From Octopus vulgaris (taxonomy: Eukaryota): a stretch of DNA of 64,000 nt. Where the stretch lies: NCBI GenBank assembly GCA_951406725.2, contig OX597836.1, positions 34,968,001 to 35,032,000 of the forward strand, read 5' to 3'. Shown here piece after piece: positions 52,310-64,000 of this stretch. Under the pieces are notes generated by a model. The model worked only from the letters and a program-made list of their open reading frames with translations, ran no database searches and had not been told where the DNA came from. A program made the translations under genes and the position numbers. Each line of letters starts with the position of its first letter. Positions within the stretch are counted from its first letter, which is position 1.

Positions 52310-52923
52310 TACATACACAAATAGACACACACACACACATACACACATACATACATATATATACGTAAGGAATCATGAGCACATACACTTGTGTAAATAT
52401 ATATTTTACGCAGACACACGCGTATGCACTCACATATTTTGACATATTTACTCATACACACAAACACACACACACACACACATACACATGCTCACACCCA
52501 CGCGCACACATACATATACTTATACATATGGGTGTGTGCGTGCTTGTATATATTCAATAACATTTGATTTATTTAATATATTATAGTGCGTAACTTTAAG
52601 CACACATCTGTTTGTATTTGTATTTGCAAGCCAAATATGGGACGTTTGTGGTTTTCGTTTTGTTTACAATTGTCGATGTAAAATGTTTTTAACGTGTCAT
52701 ATACTCTTTACTCTTTTACTTGTTTCAGTCATTTGACTGCGACCATACTGGAGCACCGCCTTTAATCGAGCAACTCGACCCAGGGACTTATTCTTTTTGT
52801 AAGCCCAGTACTTATTCTATCGGTCTCTTATGCCGAACCGCTAAGTTACGGGGACATAAACACACCAGCATCGGTTGTCAGGCAATGCTAGGGGGAACAA
52901 ACACAGACACACAAACACACACA

Positions 52924-52999
<76 letters not shown>

Positions 53000-53451
53000 T
53001 CAAAATCAAACCGAATCAAATCAGATATCAGAAAGCAGAACCAAAATCGAAATCGATCAACATCAATGGTAATTGCAGCTGTGATACCAGTGCCGGTGAC
53101 AAGTAAGCGAACCATCCGATCGTGGCCGTTGCCAGCGCCGCTCCGACTGGCCTCCGTGCCGGTGGCACGTAAAATGCACCATCCGATCGTGGTCGTTGCC
53201 AGCCTCGCCTCACATCTGTGCCGGTGGCACGTAAAAAGCACCATCCGTCCGTGGCCGTTTGACAGCTCCGTCTGGCACCTGTGCGGGTGGCACGTAAAAA
53301 GCACCCACTACACTCACGGAGTGGTTGGCGTTAGGAAGGGCATCCAGCCGTAGAAACACTGCCAGATCAGACTAGGCCTGATGCAGCCTTCTGGCTTCAC
53401 AGACCCCAGTTGAACCGTCCAACCCATGCTAGCATGGAAAGCGGACGCTAA

Positions 53452-53489
<38 letters not shown>

Positions 53490-53889
53490 ATACATATATA
53501 TGACGGGCTCCTTTCAGTTTCCATCTACCAAATCCACTCACAAGGCTTTGGTCGGCCCGAGGCTATAGTAGAAGACACTTGCCCAATGCCACGCAGTGGG
53601 ACTGAACCCCGAACCATGTGGTTGGTAAACAATGAACTTACCACACAGCCACTCCTAATACAAATAAGAAAATGGAGAAACAAATTTAGTTAAATGTCTT
53701 TTCCTGTATAGTTAAACGAATTTTTCTTGTGTTACAGTCTTTTGTTAAAGCGGCAATCTAGCTAAACTATTGCCATGGTTAACAAAATGCTTAGAACATT
53801 ACTTCTTCGGGCTTTTTATGATCTATTTTGAAGTTCTGTCACAGTTCAACTTTGCCTTTCATCTCTTCAGAGTCGATAAAATAAATAAA

Positions 53890-54560
53890 GGCGTGGTCTG
53901 TTTACACACAGTACTTGGAAAGAAGGTGTGTAGCGTGTGATCGTCGGACCGACCATGATGAAGAAAGATGAGCAGAGAATCCGCATGAAATTTTGCCAAA
54001 CGCTTAGTGATACTTGCTGTGAGGCCTCCATAAGGTTTTCAAAATGTTTTCATCGTTTTCGACACAATCGAGATTTTGTGCAACTGAAACCCGAGTATCT
54101 TTTCGGTCAGCTGAAAGCAGTTTTGGCACAAACTTGGCAGACATGTGTCTCATACACAAATCTTCACTGATAATGGACTGAACTGAACTGTAACTAATCC
54201 GCACATCCCCTGATAACTCATGGATGGTGATTCGAATATTTGCCCCCACAGCTTTGCCCTCATCTGCGATGTTTTTCTCAGTTCTGTTGGTTGCGGGTCT
54301 CACAAAACGTTTGTGAATATCGACATTTTTTCGGCCATCTTAGAAACATCTGGACAACTCGTACACTTGTGTGCGGCTCATACACTCATCTCCATACACT
54401 TTCTTCAACTTTGGCCTCTGAGCAGTTATCACCATCACAATTTTCTCTGTCACAGCAGAAGTGACTTAGAACATTAAAATTTAGTGCACGTGCAGAGCAG
54501 AGCTCACGGTCAATATTTGCCAGACGGTTTCACTCTGCGTGTTTTAGCTTCGTTACTATG
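53890..54560. mobile_element. Rearranged mariner fragments in both orientations
   Basis: On +: EQRIRMKFC (mariner N-terminus). On -: RITIHELS...VQSIISEDL.MRHMSAKFVPKLL. Confidence 0.7.
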
Positions 54561-54831
54561 GCAATAGCCCCTCGTATATGTATCTATGTACACACACACA
54601 CACACACGTATATATATTTATATATATACATATATATGTGTTTTTTTTTATATACATATATATATAACTATAGAGTAGTGGTACAACAAAGCACCAATGT
54701 TTACTGGAAATAGCAGTCAATACATTTACGATGCTATAGTAAAGCTTCACTGTGTATATACAGGCAAAGACGTGTGAGGGCAGCAAACAAAGAAGAACGT
54801 TACATAAATGTACAACCCAGAATCGGATAAT

Positions 54832-54900
54832 CCAGTACCTAGGTTTCGGACTATTCAAACACGTTTGTCTTCGTAAATTTGATTAGTCTTCATCAGCTGG
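54832..54900 (-). ncRNA. Type-I hammerhead ribozyme
   Basis: On -: ccag-CTGATGA-aGACTAATCAAAT...GTTTGAATAGTCc-GAAAC-CTAG-GTA-ctgg. Long stem II (first pair A.C mismatch), palindromic stem III. Confidence 0.72.
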
Positions 54901-55724
54901 GTTTACCTGGACAATATTTCAAATGTTGAACCACTACGCTATATTTATACTTCTACCTTTACTTTATTTAACTGGAAAGTAATACATTAGTATTGCAATA
55001 TTTTATTTTCCATATCTATATATATAAAACTGTAGTTGTGTGAGTGTCTGTCCCCTTCGATTTAGATTCCTAACTCCTCCCACATTTTGCGGTGCAGTTT
55101 AACCAAATTCGGGTATCTTATAGTCGTGATTCATATCGAGCCCCTCTGACTATTAGCGCGCGTCAACGATGAGTCTACGATTTTAAAAATAATTTAACAT
55201 CATTTTTTATTCCATTTTAATGCATAAAATGCATCGTGTGTCGATGGCGGCGGAGTTGGCGTCCACGCTCACAGCTGCACCTGTTTGCTTCTCCCCCTTC
55301 CCTCCCTCGTGATGCTGTGGGGAAGGGAGTGTAAAGAAATCAACGTCGTAATGCGTTGTGAAGGAAACCAGCGTTCTTTTAGAACAACGACTTCATGGCT
55401 TGAAGACACCAAAACAAAAATGGCTAAGAAAGCCCGAATTTATAAGGGAAGTAACTCTCTAAAAATGCTTATATAGTTATTTCCCTTACAAACCCGAGCA
55501 ACGCCGGGCGATACTGCTAGTATATATATATATAAATAGAAAACTGGGACAAGAACGCAAAACATTTAGAAGACGATACAAAAAACACGGACGGGACATT
55601 CGAAGCCTTCAATCTTCAGTCAAGAACCGGATCATCTTCGCATATATATATATATATATGTATACAGAGAGAGAGAGAGAATGAGAGAGAGAGAGAGGGG
55701 GGAAGATATGTCTGTAAAACAAGT

Positions 55725-55768
<44 letters not shown>

Positions 55769-55807
55769 TTCATTGAGGTGTATATACGTACACACACATG
55801 CACGGAC

Positions 55808-55863
<56 letters not shown>

Positions 55864-55910
55864 ATATATGTATGCATATATATCTGTGTGTATGTGTGTA
55901 TATATGTCTG

Positions 55911-55950
<40 letters not shown>

Positions 55951-56330
55951 CACACGTGTGTATACAAAATGAGGAATAGTTAAACAGCCGACAACTGATG
56001 AAGGGTCCTTACTCTGTGTTTACTTGTCCTGTTTTCCACTTTTCCCTCTCGTTGTTTACGTATTTAACACGTTTGCTTACATATTTCCTGTTGTTTGCAC
56101 AGTTGGTGACGTCCTGTTCCCATATTTGCATACATACACACACATATTTACATACATATGTATTATTGATTATTATCTTATTGAACACCACGCATCCATT
56201 TCCAAGTAAATTTTTCTTCACTATTTTGAATTCGACTCTACTCTCTCTTCTTCCGCCATCCTTGTCTAATTCCTTTTTCCTCCGCCTTCCTCTTTCACCG
56301 TTTTCTGTCTGTCTGTCTGTCTGTCTGTCT

Positions 56331-56378
<48 letters not shown>

Positions 56379-56846
56379 GCTCACACGTAACTATCGTCCA
56401 TCTTTCTTTTCCTCACATGATCATCTTTCTTTTCCTGCACGGACGTTCAAAAGACAGGGTTTTTTTTTCTCTCGCTTCTGTCTTTTCTCTTTTCAAAGAA
56501 AATATTTCTCCCAGCGTTCACTATTTTCCTCTCATTCTGGTCTAACTTCCCTCCGTGCTTGTTTTCGTTCCGTTTCCTTGTATGTCTCCACTGTCCTGTT
56601 TTTGTTCCCAACTTTAACCCTCCATAAATCCTAAATTTTATTCTAGAATTTATGGGAGCAACTGTCTTTGAAGATTCATATTGTCGTTGTATGCTCGAAA
56701 TGAGGGATCGGCAAAAGAGTGCGATAGAATAATTTCTAAGCTTAAAGTAAGTATTTGGGTTGATGTGTTTGACTAAAATCCTTTAAGGTGATGGTCCAGC
56801 ATGGCCACTGCCAAATGACTGAAACAAGTAAAAGACACACACAGAG

Positions 56847-56877
<31 letters not shown>

Positions 56878-56879
56878 CA

Positions 56880-56912
<33 letters not shown>

Positions 56913-57053
56913 GCATTCCACGATACTTCAAGAATACTACAACACTGTGAACAGATACAAAGATGCGAACCGGTAAACCCTTATTAACAGGTAATTCACG
57001 CTTGGTACAGAATAAAGTTCCTTTTGTTGCTTTAAATAAAGTAACAGATTTAC

Positions 57054-57089
57054 CTGTAAATTTTTCGGGTGGCCAGCTCTTACCGGGTT
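57054..57089 (-). CDS. EXTL3: EXTL3-like 36-nt exon 2 (KPGKSWPPEKFT)
   Basis: ttcttag| acceptor, G|gtaaat donor, phase 1 to 1; PEKFT corresponds to EXTL3 PREQFT. Confidence 0.8.
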
Positions 57090-57551
57090 CTAAGAATAAA
57101 AAGATAAAATATCACATAGTTATACTGCTTTCAAATTTTGGCACAAGTCCAGCGGTTTCGGGGAAGGGGGTAGGCCGGTTACATCGACTCCAGTGCTCAA
57201 CTGCTACTTATTTTATCGATCTCGAGGATGAAAAGAAAAGTCGACGTCGGTGGAATTCGAACTTAGAACGTGCAGGCGACCGAAATGCCACTAAGCATGT
57301 TTCCGGCGTGCTAACGATTCTGCCAGTTCGCCACCACATCACATGGTTATATAAACATCGGCTGTTTGATAAGTAGCTTGCTTACTAGCCACATGGTTCC
57401 GGGTTCAGTCCCACTGCATGTCACCTTGGACAAGTGTCTTCTACTATAGCGTCGAGCCGACCAAGGTTCTGTGAGTGAATTTGGTAGGCGGAAACTGAAA
57501 AAAGCCCGTCGTATATATATGTGCGTGTGTGTGTGTATATTTGTGTGCCTG

Positions 57552-57759
57552 TGTTTGCTCCCCCAACATCGCTTGACAACCGATGTTGGTGTATTCACGT
57601 CCCCGTAAACTAGCGGTTCGGTAAAAAGCGACCGATAGAATAAGTACTAGGCTTGGGGTCGAATTGTTCAACTAAAGGCGATGCTCCAGACTACCCGAAT
57701 GGAGATCCTTGACACTCAGCCCTTTGAGAGTAGATGATACCTAAGAACTGAATATCAAC

Positions 57760-57799
<40 letters not shown>

Positions 57800-58105
57800 A
57801 CAATAACAACAACTACAGCACTAACAAAAACAATATTTAAGCAAATATTAAGCCTGCGTTTGTCCCCCCAACATCGCTTGACAACCGATGTTGGTGTATT
57901 CACGTCCCCGTAACCTAGCGGTTCGGTAAAAAGCGACCGATAGAATAAGTACTAGGCTTGGGGTCGAATTGTTCAACTAAAGGCAATGCCCCAGACTACC
58001 CGAATGGAGATCCTTGACACTCAGCCCCTCGAGAGTAGATGATACCTAAGAACTGAATATTAACAACAACAACTACAGCACTAACAAAAACAATATTTAA
58101 GTAAA
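57552..58105. repeat. ~300-bp tandem duplication (SINE tail and CAG/CAA tract) abutting the EXTL3-like exon 1 donor
   Basis: 57552-57850 approximately repeats as 57858-58105. Confidence 0.8.
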
Positions 58106-58119
58106 ATTCTAGTACTCAC

Positions 58120-59379
58120 TTCGTTCTACGTTGATAAAAGATAATGCTTCCGGTGGCATTCTCAGATCAAGAAGGGAATGTTTGCCCTCTCTAAAATGAC
58201 CAGGCTGGTCATAGCTCTGATTGCCATTACTCTTTGGCTGGTATGTAAATAATATTTTAGGATGATAGGGATCGAAACAAGGTGCTGGAACTCGTTGTCG
58301 TTGATGCATCGATTCGAGGATTACGGCCAGGAGCGACTTTTTAGATGAGAAAATCACCTCCATAACATGTCGTCCATACTGTTTGAATTGTAAGATGTCC
58401 ATATCGACGAGAGAAGATAAAAACGGTAGGAATTTAGTCAACATATTCCAATGAAATGTTACAAGAACTCTCTTCCAGTTAATATAATCCTGTAACGGTA
58501 GGTAATTTTTATCTCCGATTAACACTGGTACGGATCCACTTTGAAGTATTTCAAGCAAATGAATCTGAAAAACGTTCCAATCATTTTCCTTAAATAACTG
58601 ACGTGGCATCACTATTATGGTAAAAGTGGAGTTGGTCAAAATTTGCAGTCGTTTTTCTTTGGACAGCTCCAAATATCCGATGGAGAACATTCGCTGGAGA
58701 CTGTTATTGTCAGCAACGAAGAATTGTGTCTTTTCAGGTATTCAGAAAGACTGGTAGGCAGTGGTTGATATTTTCTGAAAATATCTAGTTTTGGCTGAGA
58801 GCCACTTAGATACGATATCCAATATTTACGACGGAGAGGAAAAAGTGGAAGGAGTATTTCCCACGTATCCTTTGAGTTATTATTGTACAATGGTAAAATA
58901 AAATCAAATCCAGCTCGGAACGTAAAGTACTGAAAGCGTGGTTGAGCCACCAATGCATTGCCAGGATGAAGTGGCCCTTTTCTGTTGATATCCAAGTTAA
59001 TGATGATGTGGTTTGACCCATTTTCTTGCCAAAATTGTAAATCGGTTAATTTTGATCCTGGTTTCCAGAAAAAAATATACATACAAGCATCTTCTGGATT
59101 CTTGGTTAAGTAGGTCTTTCCCAAAATGGAATTATCCTTAGTGCGGTTCCAAACAGCACTTGGGTACACAAAGGCTTTGAAATTAGAAATGTTACAGCGT
59201 TTGGAATTGAAACATGTTTCCATGTTACATTCATTAGATTAGGGTCTAGCAAAGCTTGGTAAAGAAGCATAGTATTTTGACAGCTTTGTTTTAAATTTTG
59301 GTGAAGTGATGTATATAAATAAGACAGAGATTAAAATGAGAATGAATATGACAAACTGGTACTTTCTTGTAGAATTCAT
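58120..59379 (-). CDS. EXTL3: EXTL3-like exon 1 (TM anchor and exostosin/GT47-like domain), with internal stop and frameshift
   Basis: ATG at 59379: MNSTRKYQFVIFILILISVLFIYI...ARP*SNECNMETCFNSKRC... ORFs 58636-59223 and 58109-58690 join by frameshift (DIWSC/KEKRLQILTNSTFTII); GSVPVLIG..LPLQDYINWKR; donor A|gtgagt. Confidence 0.85.
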
Positions 59380-59725
59380 TTCACCGCTGATTCATAAAAC
59401 CCTTTTCTATACGGTAGAGTACCAATTGTACATTTACGCCTTTCTCTTCAAACTAGAAATATAGATATATACAAGATGCAAAATGTGAGTTTTATTAGAA
59501 AGTATGATTTGTTTTGTACATAAAAAAAAACTGAGAAAAAACTAAACATTTGAGATCATACAAGAACGAAAATAGTCTTTTGTCATGAGTACTGCAGGGG
59601 ATAATCTCTAATGGGAGTCAGGTGAAAATGTAGCAATCAATGCAAATAGAAAAAAAAAAGCATATGGAAGAAAACTATAGAAATGTGAGCGTGTGTCAGT
59701 CTGTATGTGTATACGCATCTCCACT

Positions 59726-59760
<35 letters not shown>

Positions 59761-59880
59761 TCCATGGTAATATAAAACAAGCCAAAGGCTGCGAGCTGGC
59801 AGAATTGTTAACGCGCTGGGCGAAATGCGGCCTATTACTACGTTCTGAGTTCAAATTGCGCCGAGGTCGACTTTATCTTT

Positions 59881-59967
<87 letters not shown>

Positions 59968-62229
59968 CAGTGGCATGCGGTGACTTCCGGGGCTGGGCAT
60001 GCAATGAATTTCTTTGCATCCCCCCCACCTCGGCAATTTTTCAGTAAAAAAATTTTGGAATTCCTACGATTTACATATGGGAGATTCTGAATATGCAATC
60101 ACCCCCGTATGACCTAGAATAAAAAAAAAAAACGTCGCCTTGGTACTATTTAAGAAGAGTGGTCCTGTTGCGCGCGCTCGCGCATCCGCGCTGGCTAGTC
60201 GTGACTAGTCGATCCTACGACTATCTAGCAAAGTAAATAAATTTTTTAAACAAAATATATAAAACACAAAAACACAAATTAAATAATGTTTTAAACAAAG
60301 TAAATAAAACACAAAGTAAGGATCGGCTAGTCACGACTAGCTGGCGTGGATGCTCTTAAATAGTACCCATGATTTTTAAATTGTTTGCAATACTCATCAA
60401 ATTTGTTGAAATTCGAAAGTTCCATGAATTTAAACTCTTCTAAGGATGAATATCGTGCTTTTATTTGGTCAACTATTGTACTGATAATTTTGTTATAAAG
60501 CATTTTATAATGTCGTTGGGGCTCAATAGATATATTCTTGGATCTCTGAATTCCGATTCCTGCATCGACTCCATATTCCCCCCCCCCCCGGGTTCAGTCC
60601 CACTGCGTGGCACCTTGGGCAAGTGTCTTCAACTATAGTCTCGGGCCGACCTGAGAGCCTTGTGAGTGAATTTGGTAGACGGAAACTGAAAGAAGCCCGT
60701 CGTATATATGTATATATATGCGTGTGTGTGTGTTTGTGTGTCAGTGTTTGTCCCCCTAGCATTGCTTGACAATCGATCATCATCATTGTTCGACCGTGGT
60801 CGAGACAATGGAATTTACCATGCTACGCCAGACTTCACGGTCCATCATGGCATTACGGAGGTCCTGTTGCTGGACGCCTGTATCCCTGGAGATTACATCA
60901 GGGTAGGAGAGTGTGCGCCCTCTGGTATTGCGAGTAGATGGCTTCCAGAGGAGAAGGGTAGAAATTACCTCTTTTTCAGCTCTACAACAATGTCCAGCAA
61001 ACTGGACTCTCTTACCTTTGACAACCGATGCTGGTGTGTTTATGTCCCCGTTACTTAGCAGTTCGGCAAAAGAGACCGATAGAATAAGTACTGGGCTTAC
61101 AAAAGAATAAGTCCCGGGGTCGAGTTGCTCGATTAAAGGCGGTGCTCCAGCATGGTCGCAGTCAAAGGACTGAAACAAGTAAAGGAGTAAAAGAAATTGA
61201 AAAATTATCAAGTTTGTTTTCGAGTACAGTTCTAGTTTTATCTATTTGATCTTTACAATACACTATGTCATGACTTTTACTCTGGAGGATGTTAAATAAG
61301 AAAAAAGAAAAAATCTCACTGAATACTTCTAAATCAGGAGCTTTTAAAGTGTGTAAGAATCCAATTGCTGAATTTATGGTGGTATCATCCCATGCTTCAG
61401 GATTTTCAATGATGTGCTCAAAAAGGCTGATTATGAAATTATAATTTTCCTTTGTGGTAATAATAAGCCGTGAGGAGTAATACTATTGCTGTTACCTTCG
61501 GAAATCTTTTTTTTAACAATGTTATCTAATGCATTAGCCCTTTTCAGTGTTGGTCTCCCACTATTTATAATTAATTATTTTCCATCGAATTCTCCTTTCG
61601 AAAAACTATTTCTCAAAATATCGTTTATAACACACATTTCACTCATTTCGTAAAAGGCTGTTCTTATATACGAACACACGTGGAAGCGCCGGCGTAAATT
61701 GTAAGTCAATTTCAACAAAACAGAAAGATACAGAAAGTGGGTATCATGCGGTCAGGTCATAGCATGACATGCCACTGAGAGAGAGAGGAAGGGGGTACAA
61801 AATATTATGAACGACCTTTCCTCCTAACATCTGTTTTATCAATTCACTAAGAGAGAGAGAGGAAGGAGGGACAAACTAAGAGACAGAGAGGGAGGTCAAG
61901 CGAGTCTTCCCACAGCATGACGAGCCACTAAGAGAAAGAGGAAGGGGGTAAAAATCCTCTTAGCGTGTCTTTTAAACAAGTCACTAAGAGAGAGAGAGAG
62001 AGAAGGAAGGACAAACTGAGACAGAGAGGGAGTGTCTGACATGCTGGTATTGTCAATGCATGACTTCTAAAAGCAGAAGTAGAGTCACTGAGAGGGAAGG
62101 GGAGACAAAATACAACTGGACGGATTTTCTTTGAAACAAAGTAACTATTTTATCTAATTTTCCGATCATATGGATAAAAAAATCACAGGGCATGCAACGC
62201 ATACCTTGCATACCTGAGAGTGCACGCCC

Positions 62230-62232
<3 letters not shown>
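59968..62232. mobile_element. hAT-like non-autonomous element in (TA)n, with nested MITE, SINE and RTE fragments
   Basis: Termini cagtggcatgc / gcacgcccctg. Subterminal repeats cact(a/g)agagagagag..gaagg at ~61770-62110. Nested IR element 60141-60368, SINE 60588-61195 and RTE tail 60776-61020. Confidence 0.55.
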
Positions 62233-62268
<36 letters not shown>

Positions 62269-62269
<1 letters not shown>

Positions 62270-62771
62270 AAAAAGGGTGGAATATAATTAATTTAATAAA
62301 ATTAATAAATTTCACCTAGTAGATTTATCGGTATGGAAAAGATCCTATTTGGTAAGGGTTATAATAATTATAATTAAGGGTTAATTGCAACAAGTTGCTC
62401 AAAACCATATTCCGAAAATATTAGAAATAGCAGCTAAATTGACCACTATTTTTCCTACTAATAAAAGTCTCCACAAACAAACAGAATTTGTAACCTGTAT
62501 ATGGCAAAAAGGGAAGAAAATAACGAAATCCCAGCCTTTTTTGCCATATTACAGGTTACAAATTCTGTTTGTTTGTGGAGACTTTTATTAGTAGGAGAAA
62601 TAGTGATCAATTTAGCTGCTATTTCTAATATCTTCGGAACATGGTTTTGAGCAACTTGTTGCAATTAACCCTTAATTATAATTATTATAACCCTTACCAA
62701 ATATGGCCTTTTCCATACCGATAAATCTACTAGGTGAAATTTATTAATTTTATTAAATTAATTATATTCCA

Positions 62772-62780
<9 letters not shown>
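62269..62780. mobile_element. Near-perfect ~510-bp palindrome (fold-back element) flanked by (TA)n
   Basis: Arms of ~243 bp (aaaaaagggtggaat...ggcaaaaagg / ccttttttgcc...attccacccttttt) with a ~22-bp spacer. Confidence 0.9.
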
Positions 62781-63880
<1,100 letters not shown>

Positions 63881-64000
63881 TATATATATATATATATGCA
63901 AAAAAGGGTGGATATATATATATATATATGCAAAAAAGGGTGGAATATAATTAATTTAATAAAATTAATAAAATTAATATTATTTAATTTATATACATAT

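Noticed and set aside
55590-56030. Additional hammerheads at CTGAAGA (~55615, -) and CTGATGA (~55995, +)
   Set aside because: No properly placed GAAAC...UH or closing stem I could be found.
59239-59241. Rescue of the EXTL3-like TAA by A-to-I editing (to Trp) or readthrough
   Set aside because: It needs two edits and would not repair the downstream frameshift or the missing exon; there is no evidence in the sequence.

Overview
AT-rich, repeat-dense animal genomic DNA. The tRNA-headed SINE families, RTE/Penelope LINEs, Tc1/mariner elements and (TA)n/(CA)n microsatellites suggest a coleoid cephalopod such as Octopus (inference). I could reconstruct two convergent spliced genes by hand. (1) On +, the last five coding exons of EFR3 (4189-16431), ending ...MQIPDLYVY*. 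(2) On -, a compact, divergent EXTL3-like exostosin glycosyltransferase gene (59379-24064). It has six recognisable exons but also an in-frame TAA, a 1-nt frameshift and one conserved exon I could not find, so it is probably a pseudogene or misassembled. The first ~4 kb is a 78-bp satellite that appears to have expanded from the internal repeat of an RTE-LINE 3' UTR; its 921-aa ORF is probably spurious. The most interesting unannotated signal is a set of apparently unrelated short elements, mostly beside (TA)n tracts, each carrying a minimal type-I hammerhead ribozyme of the Penelope/retrozyme kind: three with intact cores (43835-43928, 44618-44699, 54832-54900, all on -) plus variants. The window also has nested fold-back elements in (TA)n at 62-64 kb, a pre-miRNA-sized hairpin and an exon bracketed by inverted SINEs. 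Most ORFs in the supplied track are repeat or microsatellite artefacts. All coordinates and homologies were read by eye or recalled; no searches were run.
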